DNA of 64,000 nt from a virus. Numbering within the stretch: the stretch's first letter is position 1; every line of letters starts with the position of its first letter. The stretch covers positions 1-64,000 of the IMG/VR virus record IMGVR_UViG_3300023184_000045. One strand, given 5' to 3'. A model generated the notes under the pieces. It was not told the origin of the DNA and made no database searches. It was given only the letters and a program-made list of their open reading frames with translations. The position numbers and the translations under genes are program-made. Of the stretch, positions 1 through 8,500 are shown piece by piece.

Positions 1-3000
1 CCTTATACTATTTACAGAGCTTAATGGTGCAATTGCCGGTGCTGCCACGTTGGCAGTTGGCAAACCCGTTGTTGTAATTAGAAAACTATTAACACTAGCA
101 TCCAGAGCCGGATACTGCGTAGTCAGTGCTGTTGAGTTAGTGTACTGCAATATGGTTGCACCATTGAAGTAGACACTGGCATATCCATCTGTTACAGGTG
201 TGGTCTGTGAGAATATGCTGGTGCTTACACTGCCATAATTCCTGTTAATAACAAATGAGTAAGGCCCATTGTCTTTGATCGTTAAATTTTGCAGTGCTAA
301 AAATGTTGTATTAGTTACGCTGGTTAAGTTGGTAGTCTGCGGAGTAAAATTAGCTGTGTAAACAGCAGTACCGTTGACCACACGCAAATTTGAAACGTAG
401 GCATTAATTGAATTAGTATTCTGTCCAGTGGCTGCGCCGTCCCTGATATTACCAATCCAGACAGTGCTGCTGGTTTGATTTAATGCACCTGTAAAAGTTC
501 CTGCAGTGGGATCTTGATAACCGTTGACCCAAAAATTGATGGTGCCACTCAGACGAGTAACAGCAACATGAGTCCATTGCCCAGTGGGAATTTTTATACT
601 ACCAGTGATTCTGCTGCCGTAATAAAAATCAAGACTGCTGGTAGGAGAAGTGTATACACCAAAGGCCCAGGTGCCCGCACCAACACCAGCTCTGGTGTCC
701 ACTATGCCGCCATAGTTAGAAGAATATGCATTAAGATAAATCCAGCACTCTACTGTAAAATCTCCCGTACCAAAACTAAACGGTGATCTAGTAGCAGCAG
801 CAGACACCGCAGTTGATGCTGGTGCCAGACTGGCGTAAGCAACATTACCAAAGTTGGTAACTGGAAAGTTATTTGTACTAGAATCAAGCAGTTTGTTTGT
901 ACTAGTAGAAACGGTCATCAGCACCGTGGTGTTAGCAGTTACAACCAATGGGGCAGCTGGATTAAATGCACTGGTATACAATGCCTGCCCTTTGGTTATA
1001 CGCACATTGGTGATATAACCAGTCCAGCGATAGGATGGTCCCAGACCTGACTGCCCAATGTATAATGCCGAAGATGCAGAGACGTTGGCAGGTGTTAGAT
1101 CACTGCTGCCAATGTTATCTGCCGTGGTTACGTCCACACCATTTACCCATATTTTTCCAGTGGTGCCAGATCTGGTCGCTGCTATATGGTTCCAAGAATT
1201 GCCCAGTGTTGCAGCAGCAGCATTGCCTGCGCCAGTGCAATACCAAAACGGTATATTAGTGCCGCCAAACAAGCTGCCATAACCTGATAATCGCCAATGA
1301 TTACTATAGTATTGCAGTTCCCAAAAACGATTTTCAGCGCCCGTCATATTACCTAAAATTGCATATTGACCGGCGTCGGTGGGCATGGTGCCTGGCCAGT
1401 ACACCCAGGCTTCTACGGTAAAATCACCAGAGAATGACCATGCCGATTGATAGGTAGCGGCAATGGTTAGGTATTGGCCGCTGGTGGCAAAATTTAAACT
1501 TCCATATGGTGTAGACGGAGCACTGCTATTAAAACCAACCGAACCCACTCTGGTTATGTTGCTGGTAAAATTATTAATACTAGAATCAGTTAAGTAGGTA
1601 CTAGAACTAGAAACAGATAGCAACAATTGGGTATTGGTAATATTGCCCAATGGCACAACAGGTGCAAAATTAGCTGTATAAACTGCGGTACCTTTAACTA
1701 TCCTGAAATTAGTAATGTAGCCATTCCATGATCTAACGGCGCCATTATAAGAACCCATATTACCAATACCAAAAATACTATTATTGGTATTGAATGATGC
1801 GTATGCTGTACTTGCTCCTCCTCCGTATCCTTGTCCATTTACCCATACAGTAGCAACTGTGCCTGTTCTTGTAACTGCCACATGATTCCATGTATTAGCA
1901 GCTATCACAGCGCCTGTTACTGTTATATTAGAAGTGCTAGTGGTTCCGGGCCCAGGGCCTATGCCTGCAAAAGTTATTGCGCCGCCTGCTTCCATCCACA
2001 GTACCCAGTCAATGGTGTTATTACCACTGGTAGTGGTAGCGGATGCTCCGCTTATATCCAAACGAGCCGCAGTTGAAGTTACATAAATCCAAGCTTCTAT
2101 AGTGAATGTGGCAGTACTAAGATCCAGTATTTGACCAGTTCCGCCAATTGGTAAGGTCAGATACTGACTAGTACCGCTGAAGCTCAAACTACCAGCAGCC
2201 GCTGGTGTTGGATAAGCAGCATTAAAGACAGCGCCGTTGTTTGTTACTGCATATTGATTAATACTGGAATCTACTGCTCTGTTAGTATTGTTGTTGACTA
2301 GTAATAATAGTTGAGTTGATGCAAAGTTAGCCAGTGGTACAGCCGTATTAAATGTTGAGGTATATAAAATAGCTTTGGATATACGCATGTTGGTCATATA
2401 TCCAGGAAAATAGAAATATGCGGTGCCGCCAACGTTAGATCGACCAATGGTTAAAGTATTTGAAGGAGCACCACTGCTGTATGCCAACGAGGCCTGTGCA
2501 GAAGTTACAACACTAGCACCATTTAAATATATACTTGCTGTTTTTGTACTTGATACAAATGTAACCGCAATGTGATACCATGTGTTTGTTGTAACTAGTC
2601 CACCTGCAGATCTCCAAGCAACATTACTGCCGACACCATTGTTTATGACAAAAAGTATCTCACCGGTGGTGGTATTACTAATTGAAATAAAAAATCCAAT
2701 ATTGCCAGGAGTAATAGACGTAGCATAAATCATTTTTTCACCAGACACCGAGGTTAAATAAACCCAGGCTTCAATGGTAAAATCTTGCAGGCCGTTGTGT
2801 AAGTAAGTCCAATTGGCAGCAGTGCCAACGGATAAGTATTGAGTTGATCCGTCAAATGACAAACTGCCTGGTGCAGAATACGCACTGGTATCCACTGTAA
2901 GATAATCGTAAGTGGCATACCCATTGAACCAATAACTGTACGTAGGTGAATATGGTATGATTGCACTTTCCATACCGCGGGTGCCTTGTTGTCCACCAGT

Positions 3001-3177
3001 GCCAACTATGACGTTGGCTGTTGACCCAGCTGGTATTTGCAAATTGCCAACGTAGATCAAGCCACCTGCGCCACCACCTGCCCCACGTAGATTATAATTA
3101 TTCCCACCACCGCCGCCGCCGGCTACTACCAGTGCTTCGACTTGAACGTTTGATGAAAATGAACTACTTATTGCCAT
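1..3177 (-). CDS. Multi-LamG (ConA-like lectin) plus glycine-rich virion/fibre protein, 3'-truncated by the window edge (>1059 aa); absent from the ORF track
   Basis: Hand translation from ATG at 3175-3177 gives MAISSSFSSNVQVEALVVAGGGGG... The same frame is open at the segments checked (1-180, 361-402, 721-885, 2750-3177). Four LamG cores (FTIEAWVY, FTIEAWIY, FTVEAWVY, FTVECWIY) and the NLRVVNGTAVYTANFTP motif. TAAATA lies 6 nt upstream. Confidence 0.9.
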   Translation of the reverse strand, partial: MAISSSFSSNVQVEALVVAGGGGGGNNYNLRGAGGGAGGLIYVGNLQIPAGSTANVIVGTGGQQGTRGMESAIIPYSPTYSYWFNGYATYDYLTVDTSAYSAPGSLSFDGSTQYLSVGTAANWTYLHNGLQDFTIEAWVYLTSVSGEKMIYATSITPGNIGFFISISNTTTGEILFVINNGVGSNVAWRSAGGLVTTNTWYHIAVTFVSSTKTASIYLNGASVVTSAQASLAYSSGAPSNTLTIGRSNVGGTAYFYFPGYMTNMRISKAILYTSTFNTAVPLANFASTQLLLLVNNNTNRAVDSSINQYAVTNNGAVFNAAYPTPAAAGSLSFSGTSQYLTLPIGGTGQILDLSTATFTIEAWIYVTSTAARLDISGASATTTSGNNTIDWVLWMEAGGAITFAGIGPGPGTTSTSNITVTGAVIAANTWNHVAVTRTGTVATVWVNGQGYGGGASTAYASFNTNNSIFGIGNMGSYNGAVRSWNGYITNFRIVKGTAVYTANFAPVVPLGNITNTQLLLSVSSSSTYLTDSSINNFTSNITRVGSVGFNSSAPSTPYGSLNFATSGQYLTIAATYQSAWSFSGDFTVEAWVYWPGTMPTDAGQYAILGNMTGAENRFWELQYYSNHWRLSGYGSLFGGTNIPFWYCTGAGNAAAATLGNSWNHIAATRSGTTGKIWVNGVDVTTADNIGSSDLTPANVSASSALYIGQSGLGPSYRWTGYITNVRITKGQALYTSAFNPAAPLVVTANTTVLMTVSTSTNKLLDSSTNNFPVTNFGNVAYASLAPASTAVSAAATRSPFSFGTGDFTVECWIYLNAYSSNYGGIVDTRAGVGAGTWAFGVYTSPTSSLDFYYGSRITGSIKIPTGQWTHVAVTRLSGTINFWVNGYQDPTAGTFTGALNQTSSTVWIGNIRDGAATGQNTNSINAYVSNLRVVNGTAVYTANFTPQTTNLTSVTNTTFLALQNLTIKDNGPYSFVINRNYGSVSTSIFSQTTPVTDGYASVYFNGATILQYTNSTALTTQYPALDASVNSFLITTTGLPTANVAAPAIAPLSSVNSIR

Positions 3178-3196
3178 ACTAGTTATTTAACTAAAA
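3178..3196 (-). promoter_or_regulatory. Late promoter TAAATA inside an inverted repeat (TAGTTA-AA-TAACTA); copy 1 of an identical 19-bp element
   Basis: Plus strand actagttatttaactaaaa, identical to 26970-26988; T4-type late consensus is TATAAATA. Confidence 0.7.
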
Positions 3197-3217
3197 CTGA
3201 ACTCTGGTATTTCATAT

Positions 3218-6200
3218 TTAGAAAGTAATGGTACCAGAAGTAATCCATTTGTATATTCTATAGCCACCCGATACCACTGGGTACCCGGCTGCTAGATTAG
3301 TTGTGCCGGCTGCTGCGTTATAGGTATCTGAATAACGAATAATAACAACACCGGATCCGCCGGTGCCGCCATGAGCCGGATTGTAGCCTGCGCCGCCGCC
3401 ACCACCGCCAGTGTTAGGTGTGCCATCGCCACCGTTAGTACCAGTAGCAGCACCTGTGCCGCCCTGTCCACCACCGCCTGTACCTCCTGCTCCGTTACCT
3501 ATCCAGCCACCACCACCACCACCTCCTGCATAATACATTGACGCACCAGTAATAGAACTTGATAGACCAACTCCGCCAACAGTACAATTAAATGCTCCGG
3601 CTGCATTACCGTTACCGCCTAACCCACCCGCGCCGCCGCCGCCGCCTGAATAGTCAGTATTGCCTGTACCGCCGCCTGCGCCGTCATATCCTTGACGAGG
3701 CGCACTTATATAAGGTGATCCGGGATATACTCCATATCCGCCATTATTGGCAACAGATCCATTTGGTGCGCCGCCGCCGCCCGAGCCACCGCTGTTTGCA
3801 AGACCGACATAAGTATTTTTTTGCCCGGCTCCCCCGCCATAAGCCACAATAGTAGTATTAAACGATGAATTGAGTCCATTTGTAGCTAGTGTATAGGTTG
3901 GTGTTCCGACACCATACGTGCCGCCAGCACCTACTACAACTGGAATCGCTGTGCCCAAATTTACACTGTAACCAGTTGCCGTTAAGAATCCACCTGCACC
4001 ACCCCCTCCACCGTACCAGGCTCCACCGCCACCGCCTGCTACTACCAAGTACTCAACTTGAATCACTATTGAATTAACAACAAATGTACCGTTGGAGGTA
4101 AATGTATGTATGGTATATCCACCAGAAGTTGTAACTGTTCCGCCAGTGCCTAATTGCAATAGACCGGCATAACGTATTATTGCAATACCAGGATTGCCAT
4201 TGTATGTTGATGCATTCGGAACGCCAGTACCATTGGCACCATATCCGTAATAACCTTGCAAGGTATTTGACCCATCATATCCAGTGGCATACACGGCACC
4301 AGCATCGCTATTCCCATACCCACCGCCGGCATATTTTGCACTAGATCCGCTAAATGACGATATCAATGGGGCGCCGCCGGCCACTAGCCCACCGGTACCT
4401 GTAGATCCTGCGCCGCCTGCGCCACCACCAGATCCACCGCCCCATGTACTGTTCCATGATGCGCCGCCTGCATAACCATACCCAACACCGCCAAATAACG
4501 GATAACTGGACTGAGTGCTTGCACCGCCTGCCGCGCTGTATTGACCACCTCCACCACCGCCCGACCCACCAGGGTGGCCAATAGTTGGTGGAGTATCGAA
4601 TCCAGTGTGAGAGCCACCGCCACCGCCGCCCTGCGCGGTAACTGTGCCAGTTATATCAATTGACAGCGAGGTAGGCTGTCCATCTGCGCCACCGGTAGTA
4701 GCAGTCTGGTCAGACGCACCACCTGTACCAATTGTAACAGTTACAACAGTGGCCAACTGTAATGCATATGCAGTACCAATTACCACGCCACCACCACCGC
4801 CACCACCGCCTACGTCGTAGCCGGCACCGCCGCCACCACCTACAATAAAGTAATCTACAGACAACGAACCGCCTAATGTCGTTAAATCAAAATAACCAGA
4901 TGAAGTAAATTTGTGCAACCAATAGTTAGTTCCACCATAGCTTACAGATTGCACTAGGGAGCCGCCATTTGCGCGTTGTGTGCCAGCATACCAAAAATAA
5001 GCTACACCGGCATTACCAGCAGTACCGTAACTGACACGGCTACCGCCCCCGCCATAGTTAACACTGGAATTAGACGTTAAACCGCCATCTGAGTAACTGG
5101 CAATGACATTGCCAAGTATGTTAACGGATATAGGACCATTGGTACCTGCGGCTGTTGGAACAACAGATGCATTGTAGGTAGCGTTGACACTGGTTACAGT
5201 AAGATTGTTTGTGCTAGAGTCTGTTAGGTAAGTTAGACTAGAATTAACTAACATTAACAGTGTAGTATTTGGCACTACAGATAACAATGTTGGGGTAAAT
5301 GCACTATTATATACAGCTCTACCATTAACAACTCTCATATTAGTCATGTAGCCTTTAAAATAAGTTGCGCCTGTTGTTTCGTTTACTGGATACCCAATTG
5401 CAAATGATCCAACAAAATTTACAGCACCAGACATTGTGCCAGCACCGCCTGCCGCACCATTTATATAAAATGTATATGCTGTTCCGCTCCTAACCAAGGC
5501 CACGTGGCACCATGCATTAAAAGTAACTGCCACAGTAGCAGTATAAGAACCACCAGACACTACAGTACCATTTCCAGATATAGACCAATCTAATCCCATG
5601 CGGCCATCAGTGTATAATACCCACATCCAACCTCGAGTTGGGCTTGCCCCGCCTTGATTATTCATAATTACACAAGGACTACTAGACCCCTGGTAATATA
5701 ACCAAGTTTCAAGTGTAAAATCAGCTGTTAAATTAAATGCTGCATTACTGGGTATAGTTAGTGTAGCACTAGTACCGTTAAAATAGATACTGCCGCCTGC
5801 TGTTGTAACTGACCCGCTTGCATTAGGAATCACTGTACTACTAAATGTGGCGCCACTGATAGTAGGAGTAAAATTGTTGGTACTGCTGTCGACTGCTCTA
5901 TTGGTGTTGTTACTAACTAACATCAACAATGAGGTGTTAGGAACAAGGCTTAATGGCACAGTTGGACTAAAACCGCTACTGTACATTGCCGATTTTACTA
6001 TTCTAACATTGGTTATGTATCCATTGAAGAACCAAGTTGGACTTGCTGAATCATTATTGGCACCAATAAATAACGGATCACTGCTACCTGTAATTGTCAC
6101 TGCTGTTGTAGTAGCAACTTGCTGCCCATTGAGATAAAGGTAAAAGTTGGCACTATTTCTAACAAAGGCTGCATGATACCAAGTATTTAAACTGGTGGTG

Positions 6201-8491
6201 CCACCACTCATGCTGCCGGACGTATTCCAACTTGCACTAATGCCGCCCGCTCCGTTATAACCAGCAGTCAATGTAAATGACCTTCCGCTGGATATATGCC
6301 ATAGGTCAATTAAACTGCCGCCTTGGCCAGATGGTGGATAAGCTGTTTGATAGAACCAACATTCGACAGTAAAGTCGCTTGACCCAAGCGCCCAGGCCGA
6401 ACTAGTTGGGTAACTCACGTAACTACTGCCATTGAATAGTAAACTACCTGCTGCGGCAGTGGCAGTAGCAGCAACCGATGGTACTATAGAAGAACTGTAC
6501 GTAATACCACCATTGTTAGTTACTGTAAAGTTATTTAAACTAGAATCTACTATTTTATTAGCGTCGCTGTTAACTAATAATAGTAAAGAAGTGTTAGTAA
6601 TAACAGTTAAAGGCAAGGGCAACGAAAAGGCAGCGGTATATACCGCTGTTCCTTTTACAATTCTAAAATTAGTCATGTAGCCCCCAAAGTAGGCCGTGGC
6701 GCCTGACCCGCTATACTTACCTATAACCGGACCATTTAGAACATAAGTATTTGAATCAGAGTAAGTGGAACCTTCTTGAATACCGTTTAGATACATTTTT
6801 GTAGAGCCGCTGGATTTAACTACAGCCACATGGTACCAAATACCAGTTGAAAGTGTAGTAGTCCCTGTTATTGTATTTGTGTTTGCTACGTTATACACTA
6901 AATTAGTTGATACCAGTATCATTGGACCTGCATTAAGAGTAATACCATTCCTCATATCAATGATAACACTACCTGAGGTAGAATTTAAATAAAACCAAGT
7001 TTCTATGGTCCAGTCGCCTGTGTCAAATTGAAATGCTGCATTACTAGGAATACTAAGATATTGGCTAGTACCATCAAATAACAAACTGCCAGCAGCAAAT
7101 GTGCTTACTGCATTTCCACCACTGCTGCCGCCAAGGCCGCCGGCAGATCCGGCTGCTCCGGCAGTTCCATAGCCGCCCCAAACACTACTAGGTTGTAAAC
7201 CAGTGCCGCCAATACCACTAACTGCACTAGATGTAAATCCACCACCCCCGCCCGACCCGCCAGCTGTACCCGAGGATCCAGTTAATGCGCTACCGCCTGC
7301 GCCACCGCCAATGGCAACCAAGTCATTAACACCAAACAAAGTAAAACTAACAACTGACGTGTTGCCGCCATTGGATCCAATACTGCCGCCGGTACCAACA
7401 GTGACTGCACAATTTGCTGCTGTATACGATAACAGTGAAGCGGATCCTAGTATAACCCCGCCGCCGCCTCCAGTTCCAGGTTGTGGTGCTGAACTGGACC
7501 CGCCGCTGCCTGCGCCACCGCCGCCAGCCACTACCAAATAATATAGATAAGCATCTGGTTTAAAAGTTAATGTATAAAATTTACTAATACTAATACCCAT
7601 TGACGAGGATGCTGTAACAGTAATAGTATATGCACCGGAATTTGACGCAAATTGTTGTTGGGTATATGAAAGGACACCAGTTGATGCATCTATTGCTAAT
7701 CCGCTGGGTCCAGTGTCAATAAAATAAGTTACAGTACCGCCATTGGAATCTTGGGCAGCAAACGTTTCAATTGTGGTGTAAGTACTATTAATAATAGTAT
7801 CGCTATCGCCGCCTGCTATCCAGTTCATATTAGCGCCACCTACACCGCCTGCAGCATACAATATGGTTGGCGTTGATGCCGATGAATCAAGGAAATAAGT
7901 TGCGCTGCCATTGTTACCAGCTATGTTACCCGGACTACCGCCTGCGCCAACAACAATAGTATAGTCACTTCCTGGCGTTACAAGATATAAATTATAGTAG
8001 TCAAGTAGGCCGCCATTGCCACCAGACCCGCCAGTGGCTTTTTGTTGCCCACCTCCACCTCCGCCAATGCCCGCCATGCTAACGGATGTTACTCCAGCTG
8101 GGCAAGTCCAGGTATAGGTGCCAGGTGAGGTATATGCTACGGTTGCATACGAGCTAACATTTGCAACAATATTACCATATGCAACGTTTAGTCCACTATC
8201 AAATAATGTAGTTGCACTCAAACTAGTAGTATTAGCCGACGATGTTGTAACAGTGGCAGATGCAACAGCAAATATTTGACCAATTTGATCAGGTGCGTAG
8301 CCGGTGGTTTTAATTGTATTAACCAGCGCTGGTGTAGTTTGCAATCCCACATTGCTAGTTGTGTTAACAACAGTTTCTCCGGGTGTTACGGTACCTACTG
8401 TAGTTTTAACCAGCGAAGAATCTTCTTCAACAGTAACTATCGTCGTTAGACGATTAACAACTAGATCAAGACTGGGTAGTATAGCAGACAC
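3218..8491 (-). CDS. 1757-aa virion protein: Thr/Val-rich N-terminus, 4 glycine-rich domains, an Ig-like module and 3 LamG domains
   Basis: GTG start preceded by GAGGA. Motifs YLVVAGGGG...GVVIIRY...YKWITSGTITF; GLAIDASTGVLS...YTITVTA (Ig-like); WTIETWFY, FTVECWFY, FTLETWLY. Confidence 0.9.
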   Translation of the reverse strand: MSAILPSLDLVVNRLTTIVTVEEDSSLVKTTVGTVTPGETVVNTTSNVGLQTTPALVNTIKTTGYAPDQIGQIFAVASATVTTSSANTTSLSATTLFDSGLNVAYGNIVANVSSYATVAYTSPGTYTWTCPAGVTSVSMAGIGGGGGGQQKATGGSGGNGGLLDYYNLYLVTPGSDYTIVVGAGGSPGNIAGNNGSATYFLDSSASTPTILYAAGGVGGANMNWIAGGDSDTIINSTYTTIETFAAQDSNGGTVTYFIDTGPSGLAIDASTGVLSYTQQQFASNSGAYTITVTASSSMGISISKFYTLTFKPDAYLYYLVVAGGGGAGSGGSSSAPQPGTGGGGGVILGSASLLSYTAANCAVTVGTGGSIGSNGGNTSVVSFTLFGVNDLVAIGGGAGGSALTGSSGTAGGSGGGGGFTSSAVSGIGGTGLQPSSVWGGYGTAGAAGSAGGLGGSSGGNAVSTFAAGSLLFDGTSQYLSIPSNAAFQFDTGDWTIETWFYLNSTSGSVIIDMRNGITLNAGPMILVSTNLVYNVANTNTITGTTTLSTGIWYHVAVVKSSGSTKMYLNGIQEGSTYSDSNTYVLNGPVIGKYSGSGATAYFGGYMTNFRIVKGTAVYTAAFSLPLPLTVITNTSLLLLVNSDANKIVDSSLNNFTVTNNGGITYSSSIVPSVAATATAAAGSLLFNGSSYVSYPTSSAWALGSSDFTVECWFYQTAYPPSGQGGSLIDLWHISSGRSFTLTAGYNGAGGISASWNTSGSMSGGTTSLNTWYHAAFVRNSANFYLYLNGQQVATTTAVTITGSSDPLFIGANNDSASPTWFFNGYITNVRIVKSAMYSSGFSPTVPLSLVPNTSLLMLVSNNTNRAVDSSTNNFTPTISGATFSSTVIPNASGSVTTAGGSIYFNGTSATLTIPSNAAFNLTADFTLETWLYYQGSSSPCVIMNNQGGASPTRGWMWVLYTDGRMGLDWSISGNGTVVSGGSYTATVAVTFNAWCHVALVRSGTAYTFYINGAAGGAGTMSGAVNFVGSFAIGYPVNETTGATYFKGYMTNMRVVNGRAVYNSAFTPTLLSVVPNTTLLMLVNSSLTYLTDSSTNNLTVTSVNATYNASVVPTAAGTNGPISVNILGNVIASYSDGGLTSNSSVNYGGGGSRVSYGTAGNAGVAYFWYAGTQRANGGSLVQSVSYGGTNYWLHKFTSSGYFDLTTLGGSLSVDYFIVGGGGGAGYDVGGGGGGGGVVIGTAYALQLATVVTVTIGTGGASDQTATTGGADGQPTSLSIDITGTVTAQGGGGGGSHTGFDTPPTIGHPGGSGGGGGGQYSAAGGASTQSSYPLFGGVGYGYAGGASWNSTWGGGSGGGAGGAGSTGTGGLVAGGAPLISSFSGSSAKYAGGGYGNSDAGAVYATGYDGSNTLQGYYGYGANGTGVPNASTYNGNPGIAIIRYAGLLQLGTGGTVTTSGGYTIHTFTSNGTFVVNSIVIQVEYLVVAGGGGGAWYGGGGGAGGFLTATGYSVNLGTAIPVVVGAGGTYGVGTPTYTLATNGLNSSFNTTIVAYGGGAGQKNTYVGLANSGGSGGGGAPNGSVANNGGYGVYPGSPYISAPRQGYDGAGGGTGNTDYSGGGGGAGGLGGNGNAAGAFNCTVGGVGLSSSITGASMYYAGGGGGGGWIGNGAGGTGGGGQGGTGAATGTNGGDGTPNTGGGGGGAGYNPAHGGTGGSGVVIIRYSDTYNAAAGTTNLAAGYPVVSGGYRIYKWITSGTITF

Positions 8492-8500
8492 AGGCCGTCC

